Shown here: one piece after another, positions 1-11,710 of the stretch | How positions within the stretch are numbered: the stretch's first letter is position 1 | Layout: every line of letters starts with the position of its first letter | NCBI RefSeq assembly: GCF_018350175.1 | Contig: NC_058368.1 | Location: forward strand, 68,698,001 to 68,762,000 | DNA: 64,000 nucleotides | From: Felis catus | Lineage: Eukaryota | Direction of reading: 5' to 3' | Translations under genes and position numbers: made by a program | Notes under the pieces: generated by a model | What the model saw: only the letters and a program-made list of their open reading frames with translations | Told to the model about the DNA's origin: nothing | Database searches by the model: none

Positions 1-233
1 AAATGTCCAAAATGAACATTGCATAGACATTCAATGGCAAATATCAAAGTAAGCAGCTAAAATCATTGAATGTGTTTCCAGAGAGTAAGTCTTGGAGGTG
101 GAAGCTTGAGAGAAGGGAATTAACATTTATTTTTACTAACCTTTATGTCATTTGATTTTTTAAAACTGTGTACATGTATGTATGTATATATATATATATA
201 CATATACACAAAATTAAGGACCTAGTATTTTCT

Positions 234-350
234 GGGGGTGCCCAGCTGGCTCAGTCAAGGGGAGCACGCAACTCTTGATCTTGGGGTTGTGAATTCCAGC
301 CCCACGTTGGGTGTGGAAATTACTTAAATAAGTAAATTTTTTTTAAAAAA
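234..350 (+). mobile_element. Short Can-SINE (older subfamily lacking the CT tract)
   Basis: GGGGTGCCCAGCTGGCTCAGTC...ACTCTTGATCTTGGGGTTGTGAATTCCAGCCCCACGTTGGGTGT tRNA-derived head and AT-rich tail. Confidence 0.85.
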
Positions 351-1335
351 TCAGTCATTTCCACAATAAGAAAGAGCAATGAGTAATTCACAGACATTGA
401 AGCATGTACCAGTCTGTCCTGTCTTAAAACAAAGAACACCACAAACCTTCCTTGACATTTGGGCTTTTTCAGCCTGCTGCTCCATTTTGGTCTCTTCACA
501 GACTAGCTTCTTCATGGCAGTTGCCCTCACTGTCTGTCTCCTCTTATCCATCCACCATGCTTACTGACCTCTACATTGACCAACCCCAAGACTTCCCTTT
601 CCGCGTTTCACAGCGTTTCACAGCATTCTCTTGGGGCTTACCTACAACAATTTCTCCTACTCTCTGTGCTTCTCTGTTCACTCTCCATCTCCTCACTCCC
701 TCCAAAGCTGCTTTTTCTATTTGGCATGCAAATGTGCTCCAAAGAGCTCTCCACGGACTTGTAACTAAGTTCCTATGTCATCTCCCAGGTCTCTCTCTGG
801 ATCCTGTTCTGCAGCTGACCCTTCTGCAGAATATCTTCTCTCTGCTTCCTTGGACTTAAATTCCAGACGTGCTTGGCTCCTCACCTGCCCTCATCTAGCA
901 TGAGGTCACCAGCTTCCCTTGAACCATGTCCTGACTTGCTGGGCTTTTTGCTCACTCCTCTGCCCAGCTCCAACTCCTGAGACTGCTTCCTGGACCGGAG
1001 AATCTAGTTTCTACTTGTCTAGGCAAATGAGCAGCAGGCACAATGGACCCAAGGAAAGAAGGAATGCACGCCAGAGGGACAGAAAAAAGGTCCGGAGAAG
1101 AACTTCAGAAGTTAGAGAAGACAGCAATGGATGAGGCTGGAGCACGGTGTTGAAGCTGCATGACACAAGTCCTTTGATTCAGCTTGAGGATTAGTGTTTT
1201 TATTTAAGACGAGTGCAATTGTTTGGAGCATGAAATGGTTTTGATTGTATTTCCATAAAAGATAAGTTTGAGTGAAGTGCAGAGAATGTGTAAGGTGTGG
1301 CTAAGAGAAAAACGGTTAAGAATGGTGCAGTAACA

Positions 1336-1556
1336 GGGGTGCCCGGGGGGCTCAGTCGGTTGAGCCGCTGACTTCAGCTCAGGTCATGATCTCATGGTTG
1401 GTGAGTTTGAGCCCTGCGTGAGGTTCTGTGCTGACAGCTCAGAGCCTGGAGCCTGCTTCAGATTCTGTGTCTCCTCTCTCTGTTCTTCCCTCACTCTCTC
1501 TCTCTCTCTCTCTCAAAAATAAATAAAGATTGAAAAAAATTCAAAAAAAAAAAAAA
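1336..1556 (+). mobile_element. Can-SINE (SINEC_Fc-like)
   Basis: tRNA head, (CT)n and A tail; 18-bp TSD AAGAATGGTGCAGTAACA (1318-1335, 1557-1574). Confidence 0.95.
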
Positions 1557-1854
1557 AAGAATGGTGCAGTAACACCATCCAACAGTAACAGTGGTTGGAT
1601 TAGGGTGGTGATGGTAGAGATGGAGAGATGTTAATTGAAACAGAGAGGGATTTAGGAGGTAAAATTAACAAGCCTGTGTAATACCTGGTTAGGAGTGAAA
1701 AGAGAAAGCCATCTCCCGTGTGACCCCCGTACTTCCTGTTTGAACACTGAGTAGCAGTGGGGGCAGTCAAAGCTAGAGGATGCTAGATAAGGACCAAATT
1801 GTCTCTATCTCTTTACTGGCTTAAAATAGTGCAGATCTGTTATCTTACAGTTCT

Positions 1855-2291
1855 GGAGGTCAGAAGCCCAAAATGGAGGTCAGAAGTTCAAAATGGAGGT
1901 CAGAAGCCCAAAGTGGAGGTCAGAAGTTCAAAATGGAGGTCAAAAGTTCAACATGGAGGTCAGAAGTCCAAAATGGAGGTCAAAAGTTCAACATGGAGGT
2001 CAGAAGTCCAAAATGGAGGTCAAAAGTTCAACATGGAGGTCAGAAGTCCAAAATGGAAGTCAAAGTCCAAAATGGAGGTCAGAAGTTCAACATGGAGGTC
2101 AGAAGTCCAAAATGGAAGTCAAAGTTCAACATGGAGGTCAGAAGTCCAAAATGGAGGTCAGAAGCCCAAAATGGAGGTCAGAAGCTCAAAATGGAGGTCA
2201 GAAGTCCAAAATGGAAGTCAAAGTTCAACATGGAGGTCAGAAGTCCAAAATGGAGGTCAGAAGTCCAAAATGGAGGTCAGGAGTTCAAAAC
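1855..2291. repeat. Minisatellite/VNTR, 22 copies of a 20-bp unit (consensus GGAGGTCAGAAGTYCAAAAT; three 19-bp variants)
   Basis: Units parsed by eye from 1855 to 2291; embedded in an MLT1D LTR. Confidence 0.97.
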
Positions 2292-2351
2292 GGGTTTCCC
2301 TTAGGTGAAATCATGGTGTTGGCAGATGGGGTTCCCTTGCCTTCGCAGCTT

Positions 2352-2783
2352 TTTTTTTTTTCCAATATATGAAATTTATTGTCAAATTGGTTTCCATACA
2401 ACACCCAGTGCTCATCCCAAAAGGTGCCCTCCTCAATACCCATCACCCACCCTCCCCTCCCTCCCACCCCCCATCAACCCTCAGTTTGTTCTCAGTTTTT
2501 AAGAGTCTCTTATGCTTTGGCTCTCTCCCACTCTAACCTCTTTTTTTTTTTTTCCTTCCCCTCCCCCATGGGTTCCTGTTAAGTTTCTCAGGATCCACAT
2601 AAGAGTGAAACCATATGGTATCTGTCTTTCTCTGTATGGCTTATTTCACTTAGCATCACACTCTCCAGTTCCATCCACGTTGCTACAAAAGGCCATATTT
2701 CAATCTTTCTCATTGCCACGTAGTACTCCATTGTGTGTATAAACCACAATTTCTTTATCCATTCATCAGTTGATAGACATTTA
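2352..2783 (-). mobile_element. 5'-truncated young feline L1 (ORF2 C-terminus, 3' UTR, poly-A)
   Basis: Minus-strand translation STDEWIKKLWFIHTMEYYVAMRKIEIWPFVATWMELESVMLSEISHTEKDRYHM is the L1 ORF2 C-terminus; poly-T at the left end; 15-bp TSD TTGCCTTC(G/C)CAGCTT at 2337-2351 and 2784-2798. Confidence 0.95.
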
Positions 2784-3219
2784 TTGCCTTCCCAGCTTCT
2801 AGAGGTCACCTGCACTCTGCATCCCTTGGCTTGTAGCTCCTTCCTCCATCTTGAAGTCCTGCAGTTTAACATTTCAAATCTGTGTGTCTTTCTGTCCCCA
2901 CTCCCCACTCTTTCTCTCTCTGATCTCTGCTACTAGTATCATTTCTCCCTGTATGACTCTCACCCTCTGGCTTCCCTCTCATAAGGACCCTCATGGTTTC
3001 ATTGAACCCATCCGGATAATCCTGGATAATCTCCTAACCTTAAGATTTTTAATTTAATCATGTCTGAAAAAAATCCCTTTTGTCATGTAAGGTAACATGT
3101 TCACAGTTTTCTGGATTAGGATGTGGACATCTCTGGGGGACTATCATTCTGCCCGCCACAGAGGTACAACTCTGTAAATGTTTTGAATAGGTAACTAAAA
3201 GAAAACAAATGAAGTGTTT

Positions 3220-3442
3220 AAAAAAATTTTTTTAAACATTTATTTATTCTTTGAGAGAGAGAGAGACAGACAGAGCATGAGCTGGGGAGGGGCAGAGAGA
3301 CAGGAAGACACAGAATCAGAAGCAACCCTCAGGCTCCAAGCTGTCAGCACAGAGCCCGACGTGGGGCTCGAACTCATGGACTGTGAGATCATGACCTAAG
3401 CCGAAGTCAGTCATTCAACCAACTGAGCCACCCAGGTGCCCC
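3220..3442 (-). mobile_element. Can-SINE
   Basis: Ends ...CTGAGCCACCCAGGTGCCCC; TSD ACAAATGAAGT(G/A)TTT (3205-3219, 3443-3457). Confidence 0.95.
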
Positions 3443-4601
3443 ACAAATGAAGTATTTTAAATGACATGTTTTTTCCTCTAATGTGGCAGAATCAAACTCA
3501 GAGAGATAGAGAAGTACAATGGATGAACTAGGGAAAATGATGGAATTTACAATACCACAGAATCCAAGTTATTTTTACCCAATAAGTTTTAGGTGTTTTC
3601 GACCCTAAAGAAATTGCCGCTTTTGAACATGTGTATGAATAATAAATGATATCTGAACCTTGGCATCTTGAGAATTTGTTCAGCTTTTTTATGGAGGCAT
3701 TCTAGAGTTCCATGAGTGGTAGTGTATGGCGTATCAAGTCTTGTAAAGGCACCATTTGGTAAGAGGACAGCTTTTCCTGGTCTGTGCACTCTAAGTACTG
3801 ACACCTTGATTTTCTTTGCCATAGTTGCAGTACACAGAGTACATAGCTATCATGAAGGTTACCTCTTTCGTGATTATGCCCAGTGAGGTACTCATGCCCC
3901 TGTAACTCTGAGATGTGCTGTTTGAGACAAGGAAATAGCCACTTCCTTTTAATCTGGTTATTTCAGCATGCCACTGGACAAACAAGCAAAAGAAGGGTTA
4001 ACATGTAGGCTGGTAACGTTGACCCTGACCATCAGGGGACAATAGGTGGAAGGAAAATGTGTGGACAGAACCCAGGGAGTCCCATGGGTGCTGCCTTGTG
4101 GTACTGTCATTGCATGACTCATGCAATCTAAACAGAGAAACCCACCTGGGACTCAGAAACATGTGCATCGCAGAAGACTCCAGCCAAAGGGATGAAGAAG
4201 TGGAAGAAGGAAGGCGTGAGTCCTCGGTTCTCACCCAGTGGAAAGTCACAGAAGTAACAACTGCAACCATGAACTCACATTTGCTTCCTTGCTGTGCTAT
4301 GCTTATATTCAATGTTTACCTGGGTTCCCTTCTCTCTCCTCTTCCTGAGCCATGTTATCGCATATACTACCTATAAGTGGCATCGATGCTACTTAGCTCG
4401 TAGGTGGAAGACTGTTGAGAAGAACATGGAGCACGGTGGAAGCAGAGAAGGGGTGGGCATCATCGGATAACGTAAACCTAGAGATGGATGGAGACACTGG
4501 CAAGACGCTGGGTTCTCTTCCTTTCGGTGCACTTTTGATGTGTCAAGAGAGTTAACTTACGTTCGTTTGGGCATTTTTTTGAACTGTCAAGATGGGAATA
4601 A

Positions 4602-4813
4602 GGGGTGCCTAGATGGCTCAGTTGGTTGAGCTCCCGACTCTTGATCTCAGCTCAGGTCATGATCTCATGGTCATGGGATCTGCCCCGCTAGGTGTGGAGC
4701 CTGCTTGGGATTCTTTTTCTCTCCCTTCCTCAGGCCCTGCTCCTCCCGTTCTCGTGCTCTTGCCCTCTCTAAAAAAAAAAAAAAAAAAGAAAGAAAGAAA
4801 AAGAAAAAAAAAA
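4602..4813 (+). mobile_element. Can-SINE
   Basis: GGGGTGCCTAGATGGCTCAGTTGGTTGAG head and A-rich tail. Confidence 0.9.
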
Positions 4814-6260
4814 GATGTGGTGGATTTTAGGCAAGCAAGTGGACTCTATTAAGTGTACATCAGTTTTGTTGTTGTTGTTGTTGTTTTTCTTTTTTTCTTT
4901 TTTTCTTTTTTTTTTTTTTTTGCTGCCTGCACAGAACTGTCACCTTTCCGAAAGTGTGCTGAATTCCTTCTGTGGAATTACTCCCCTCCATTGTGTATTT
5001 CATGTTGGCAAGGAAATAGAGTTAATCTTGGGAAGGGGAATGCATGCTGGCAGCCAAAAACAAAACAAAATTAAAAAGGACAAATGTCCATAGCAAGTTC
5101 CACCAACTATACATGTGGCTATTGCCGTATTTGGAGAATAATTAAACTCCAGATTTTTATAGTGTCGGTATAAGTGTCTGATTTCACCACTACAGAATGA
5201 AAGTATATGCAGTTTATGATATGCAGGAGTATCAAAATCAAACATTACAGAGGAGGGCTCTCTCATAAATTATAACGTCTTTTCCACAAGGATTTGAAGA
5301 AAGTTGAATTTAACTGTGGCTATAGGATGTGTCTCTAATTTGGCTTTCTCTTCTGCTTTGATTGTTCAGTACCAGTGATCACTGTGTGTGTCTCTGTCCC
5401 AACTATTCCCTCTTTCTGTTATGGAAATTGTGGCAAATTCTGTCTCTCAGAGTAATTACTCAAAATTCAGCAGCTATGTTTCTTGAACCCTAATTACCTC
5501 TATTCTTAGGTACACAAAAGAGGATTCCATCTGTGTCTAGTGTACCCATAAAATTGCTTCCCTTCATTTATCGCACAATACTAGGGTTTTTCTCTTTGGG
5601 AGATGCAGTCTGGCCAATGTCTTCCCATAGTCCCATTTCTTTTCTCTCAGCCCTCCTCAGTCTGCCATCATACTCTGTCTAGTACGCAACAGGATCTCTG
5701 CCCTCTCTGCCCAGATACTCATTTGTATTTCTCCTAAATGCATAGTGGCAAACACCTGGTGTTGGAGAATTGCACACCCACAGTTGGGTGTACCTCCGAA
5801 AACCCTATGGCCTTCCCGGACCCCAGGCAGACTATGCGTCCTCCAGTGAACACCCTCACTTTCTCCCGTAATGGTTCCTCTTAATGGTAATTTCTGACCC
5901 TTGCCTAGATAGATGGTGCTTGCCTGCCTTCTGTCTTCATTAAGAGGGAGAATTTATCATCCTACCTCCTGGGCCATTGCCATTTTTTTTTTTTCCAGTT
6001 GGTGAGTTGTTTGCATAAAAGTGCTTCTGGGGGAGGGGGCTGATTGTTTGGCCTGCATGGGAAGCAGACAGTTGGATATGAAACAAGATCTGCAGTCTGT
6101 CTTCAGCCATTATGCTTTGGTCTAATCACTCTGAGAGGGTGAAACTAAGGCTTCCTAAATGCAGCAGGAGTTTTCAGAGATGGGTGTGAAATATTATAGC
6201 TTCAGTGCTTTTTAGAGACCATCTGATCCAAAACACACATGTTAAAAATGAGGAAACTGA

Positions 6261-6480
6261 GGGGCGCCTGGGTGGCTTCATCGGTTAAGCATCAGACTTC
6301 GGCTCAGGTCATGATCTCGCAGTTCATGGGTTCGAGCCCCGCATCGGGCTCTGTGCTGATGGCTCAGACCCTGGAGCCTGCTTTGGATTTTGTGTCTCCT
6401 CTCTCTGCCCCTCCTCCACTCATGCTGTGTCTCATTCTGTCTCTCAAAAATAAATAAATGTAGATAAAAACATTTTTTTT
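6261..6480 (+). mobile_element. Can-SINE, inserted in a MIR-like GAGGAAACTGAGG motif
   Basis: Canonical head and tail; TSD includes GAGGAAACTGA on both sides. Confidence 0.93.
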
Positions 6481-7449
6481 AAAAGAGGAAACTGAGGCCC
6501 GTCAAATGGAAGTACCTTCCCACCGTGAGGGAGAGAAAAGACTATTCTCACATTCGTTCCACTCCCCGGCACTGCTTCTGTTCGCTGCAGGGTAAGGAGA
6601 GCAGCATCTCAGGAAAATCTCAAGTGTACAGTCAGTGTAGTCTAGCCCTTGTTACACAGCTCTGCCTGCTGCTTTGGTAGGACGGGAGGGTCCCTCTCTT
6701 CTCTTTAAAACAACGACTTGACTGTACTGCTCCCTGACTTCCGTGATGTTTTGCTCTTATCTTTCCCTTCCTAACCGGTGCCCTCTGGCTGCTCCTGCCC
6801 TGTGGACGCGAACACTGTCCCGCTACTTGTCTGCATTCCCGCTGCACCTCTCCTCCACCACCAATCTCCGTCTCATTCCCAAATCCTGCGATGACTCCTC
6901 CCTCGACATCGCTTTACTTCCTTTTTTGCATTTGGCATTAATGACTTACTCGCCGTCTCCTCTCTGAGTCAGACACACGTGAGTTCTTTTGTATGACACT
7001 TTTTAAAAACAGTTTCAAATTCTAGAATACGTGAGAGAGAAAAGGACCAACGTGTGACTATATTCCCGTATTTCTAATGAAACAACAATTATTCAACTGA
7101 TATATTTCCTTCTGGTCTGTTTTCATATTTTGCATATATTATCTCAACTATTTTTTTGTGTTTCCTTGTATTTTTCAAGCTTTTAATTGTTGTATAGTAT
7201 TCAGTAGAGTGTTCAGACCTTAATTTACAGTGATATTTGCTATCCACAATAAAGAACAGAATTCATATCCACGATAGGCTGAATTACTCTAAGAAAATTT
7301 CCAAAATGGGAGCTAACTACAAAGTGTGTGGCCTGCAGTTAACATGCAGTATTGTCCAATGCATAAATAATAATTTTTCAGAAGAAAGACTTCTTGTATC
7401 TGGAGTGCCTCTGAATGGGAATCAGGTTTTTCCAGAATCTCTACATCCC

Positions 7450-7935
7450 TACAGTAGGCTGAAGAATCTCTCCTCCAAAGATGTCTAAGTCCTGATCCCT
7501 AGAACTTGTGAATATGTTACCGTACGTGGCAGAAGGAACTTGGCAGATGTAAGTGTAGGATCTTGAGACCAGGGAATTATTTTGGCTTATCCATGTTGGG
7601 CTCAGTGTCATCACAAGGGTCCTAGGAGGGAGGTGAGAGCGTGAGAGAAGGCAATCTGGCCATGAAAGCAGAGGTTGGGGTGATGTACTTTGAAGATGGA
7701 AGGAGCCATTGGCCAAGAATGCAAACAGCCACTGGAAGCTGGAAAAGGCAAGGAGAGGGATTCTCGCCTGTCACCTCCTCAAGAAATGCAGGTCTTCCAG
7801 CACCTTGGTTTTAACGTGTAGAACCCATCTGCACGTTAGGTTCCAGCCTACGGAACTGTAAGATAATAAATGTGTGTTGTTTTAAGCCACTAAGTTGGTG
7901 GCAATTTGTTGCAGCAGCCACAGAAAACTAGCACA
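7450..7935 (+). mobile_element. MLT1D-like solo LTR
   Basis: CCAAAGATGTCTAAGTCCTGATCCCTAGAACTTGTGAATATGTTAC...GAAGCTGGAAAAGGCAAGG...GAACTGTAAGATAATAAATGTGTGTTGTTTTAAGCCACTAAG...GAAAACTAGCACA. Confidence 0.9.
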
Positions 7936-8897
7936 ATCCCCTTCCACACTCAGGGCCAAAATTCTAGAGGCACCGTACAAAACATTGCTCTGGGGACTCA
8001 GGGTGTCCTTCAGAACTCTACCTCCCACCAGTCATTTTACTGCTTCTCCTCGTTTTGCTGCTTACCCCCATGCCTTGTGTTTTTTCTCTTTACCTTACCC
8101 TTTCAGTTATATTTTGTAAGCCAGGTTGACTTCCCTGATCCTCTCTCTTGCTAACTCAGCCTTTGTCTTTTCACTGTCTGGCCTTACCTAGAATCTGGGG
8201 CCACTAACAGCACTGAGTGTAACACTTGTCCAGAAGAAGAGAGTAGATCCTCCTCTTTCCAGATCCATCAGACATGAGCAATTTATTACTATCCTCAAAC
8301 TTCCGTGAGCTCTAGGTGCATGTGTCCAGTAACTTATTGGGCATGTCTATTTGAAGGTGCCTGTAGGTACTTAAACTCAACATTCCTGAAACTGAACTGT
8401 TTCCCCCACATCCTTCCCCTTCCCTTGCATTCTCAATCCGGGTCATTGGCAACATCCAGTCATCGCCTCCTCAAACCTCAGACTTATTTTTAGATCCCTC
8501 GGTCCATACTATTCTCATGCTCAGGTATGGACAGCTGCTCAGTTGTTTACCTTGTGATATTTGTAATTTACAATCCATCAAGGACCGTGGTTATAGTAGA
8601 GTATAGCTCTTATTTTAGTATAATGTAGCTGTCATTAGCTGTTAATAAAATTAACATAATGTTCATATATAAATGTAACATTAACATTGTTTGTCAATTA
8701 ATAGAACAGCCCAGTGTGGCAATCTAACTATATTCAACGCATGAGTTCTTAAATTTACAATGCAGTTCCTCCTACTAACTAGAAGACTTCTATGGACCTT
8801 ATCAGTCTAATCACAGACTCTTTTCCCTCCTAGTGTGAATACTTTCAGATTCTTCTGGAAGTCACAGCAAATCCTCCTTTTAATATCAATCTGGTAT

Positions 8898-9128
8898 GGG
8901 GTGCCTGGGTGGCTTAGTCGGTTAAGCATCTGACTTCAGCCCAGGTCATGATCTCATGGTTTCTGAGTTTGAGCCTTGCATCGGGCTCTCTGCTGTCAGC
9001 ACAGAGCCTGCTTCAGATCCTCTGTCTCCCTCTCGCACCACCACCGCCCCCCCCTGCCCCACAATGCACCTGCTCTCTCTGTCTCTCTCAGAAATAAACA
9101 TCATTAAAAATAATAATAATAGTAATAG
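8898..9128 (+). mobile_element. Can-SINE
   Basis: Canonical head; TSD TAATATCA(A/G)TCTGG. Confidence 0.92.
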
Positions 9129-9305
9129 TAATATCAGTCTGGGATTACAGAAGTCATTCCTCTTTCCAGGTTACTCTGATAATAACAGTAAAAATGATCA
9201 TTGTGAATCATGTTATAAAGCATTAATATCTCGATCATATGCAGTAAAAGAAAGGGTAGCATTCCACGCTTGTCACCTCCAGTGCTCAAAAAGTGTTATT
9301 GGCTT

Positions 9306-9527
9306 GGGGCACCTGGGTGGCGCAGTCGGTTAAGCGTCCGACTTCAGCCAGGTCACGATCTCGCGGTCTGTGAGTTCAAGCCCCGCGTCAGGCTCTGGGC
9401 TGATGGCTCAGAGCCTGGAGCCTGTTTCCGATTCTGTGTCTCCCTCTCTCTCTGCCCCTCCCCCGTTCATGCTCTGTCTCTCTCTGTCCCAAAAATAAAT
9501 AAACGTTGAAAAAAAAAAATTAAAAAA
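9306..9527 (+). mobile_element. Young feline Can-SINE (SINEC_Fc-type)
   Basis: Diagnostic GTGGCGCAGTCGGTTAAGCGTCCGACTTCAGCCAGGTCACGATCTCGCGG with retained CpGs; perfect TSD AAAAAGTGTTATTGGCTT. Confidence 0.96.
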
Positions 9528-9872
9528 AAAAAGTGTTATTGGCTTGAGATGATGTATTGAAATTGGATCCCAGGGGCTCACCTCGTGACCAATGACTTTG
9601 TTTGGGGTTGAGTCCCATTGACTTCCACTGCCTTATTTTGACCCTCAGTTAGAATAGTAAGAAGTCTGTCTCCACTGGGTTCCTTGTTTTGGGCATTTTG
9701 TCCTCCTGGCAATGAGATTCTTAAAGATCTTACCTGATTTTTACTAACAGATGACTACTTAGAAAGTGTGGGCAGTATGGAGAGAGACAAACCATGTACT
9801 TTTCGAAGCACAGACCAGAGAGTAAGTAATTTTTATTTTTCCAAGGGGGTTCCAGCCTTATTGTCTTTCTGT

Positions 9873-9874
<2 letters not shown>

Positions 9875-9912
<38 letters not shown>
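9875..9912. repeat. (AT)n microsatellite
   Basis: Direct reading. Confidence 0.95.
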
Positions 9913-9914
<2 letters not shown>

Positions 9915-11612
9915 TCACAACAAGGAAATGAAAGTAAGTATAATCTAAGAGATAGAAGATAAATCCCATCTTCAATCCACCAGTAAGATTTAGTCACTGT
10001 TTACATGTGGTTCATATTCTTCCAGGATTTTGTCTAAGTAGCAAGTAACTCAAAGGCTCTTGTCTGTGCCAGAGGGCAAAACATGAAACAGAGAAGCTAA
10101 AAGGTTCAAAAATAGGAGAAGCAATCTTCTATTTGTGCTGTGGCAGCAAACATAAGGAGTCAGAGCCCAGAGCCACACATAATATTCCCTAATGTAATTA
10201 GGAAGCCAAACCTATCTGTTTCCTTCTGCCATTGGGAACCCTCAAATTGTGCAGTACGTGGCTAAAAAAAAAAAATGAAAATGAAACTAACACAATATCT
10301 TTCCTTAAATGCACTGAGGACTGAGATATTAGCCCCTAACCCACGGAGAATTGATGTAGCCCTTGATTTACTAGAAAAATCTGCGGGGGAACATTGTGTT
10401 TCTCATCGCCATCACTGACAGATTCATGCTTGGAGCAAGGCTGCTGTCGGTTGCAGAGGGAATATTTTCCCTAAATTCACCCACAGCATAATTGTCCTTA
10501 AAATGAAGCTACAAAAGGTGAGAAGGTCCTTAGGAGACACTCCAACTGACAAATGGCTCCACTGCGGCCATTATCAAAAAGACAGGGTAATTCCGTCACC
10601 TGTCCAGATCTGGGCTTCCTGCTCTGCAGAGTGGGTCTAGAAATCCACGTTCCAGACCCTGCACGGATGCTTCCCCTGGTAGCATCCTGTAAGTGGGCAT
10701 GAGGGCACTCTGCGATGACCACAGTCATGCATATCAGGAATTATCATCCCTCCTGGGGCCACAATCACACCCATCATCTCAGAGCAGTGAAAGTTTGTGG
10801 GACACACACAGTTGCTTCTCCGCCCGCGTTTCTGTTTCGATCAGAGAATCCACATCTGCCACACACATAATGAAATACATGGGGCCTCTTCCTTAACCTG
10901 ACCTGCCACTCCTTATGGCTTTCTCCATCAACTGGCTGTGGGAACCACGCATCTGCATACAGCTGATGCACATATCATTGCCCTGGAATACTGACCCACG
11001 TAAAAGCCCAGACAAAAGGAGGAGAGGCAAAGATAATACCTATCTTTGAAGCCTTATTTTTCACTAAACCCACCCTGATGTCCTTTGGGCCATAGGCCAG
11101 GGCTTCCTAGAGCATGCATTCTAAGTTCCTTGTTGTGACATCTCGTGTTCTTCATTACTCAATTCCTGCTCAGTCTCTCCTGGCCCATCATTCACTGTTC
11201 CACCCTCAACTCCGTTCCCCCAACCCAGGCCGCACTCTCGCCCAACTTCTTCACTCCCGGTCGACACTACCTAAAATTCCTGGAAGATCCCTACTCTTGC
11301 AGGCCTCCACACCATTATCCACACACGCTCATCTCCCGCTGTGGGACTCTCCTGTCCCCATCTGCCAATACCACCTTATCCTTTCAAACAGCTCGTGCAC
11401 ACCTTGACCTATGAGGCCATATGCTATCACTCCAAAGTGGGCAGTGTGGTCCATGCTGCTCGTATTTACCTCATCAGAACACCCACCCACTGAGTTCTAG
11501 AGGTCAGTTTAGTTGCTGGGTCCCTTACTGTTGGAGTAGAGGACTGTACTTTCCATCTTTGTTCTATAGGGACCTGGCAGACGCTAGAACTCAGTAAATG
11601 CCTATTACAAAG

Positions 11613-11710
11613 AGGAAGGAAGGAAGAGAGGAAGGAAGGAAGGAAGGAAGGAAGGAAGGAAGGAAGGAAGGAAGGGAGGAAGGAAGGAAAGAAAGAAGGA
11701 AGGAAGGAAA
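11613..11710. repeat. (GGAA)n polypurine microsatellite
   Basis: Direct reading. Confidence 0.95.

Larger units (their letters stand above)
1812..3160 (-). mobile_element. MLT1D-like ERVL-MaLR solo LTR, interrupted by the VNTR and by an L1 insertion
   Basis: TGGCTTAAAA...TATCTTACAGTTCTGGAGGTCAGAAG, CCAGCTTCTAGAGG, ATCCGGATAATCCTGGATAATCT and the end GGGGGACTATCATTCTGCCCGCCACA match the MLT1 reverse complement and mirror the copy at 7450-7935. Confidence 0.85.

Noticed and set aside
1855..2291. CRISPR-like array
   Set aside because: Units are head-to-tail with no unique spacers, there are no cas genes, and the DNA is mammalian.
1799..2372. Three overlapping repetitive ORFs (143-169 aa; MEVRSPKWRSEVQNGGQK repeats)
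   Set aside because: All three + frames are open simply because the 20-bp unit lacks stop codons; the sequence is LTR-derived with no gene context.
2588..2908. 106-aa minus-strand ORF with protein-like sequence
   Set aside because: It is the C-terminus of a truncated L1 ORF2 joined by chance to LTR sequence, not a host gene.
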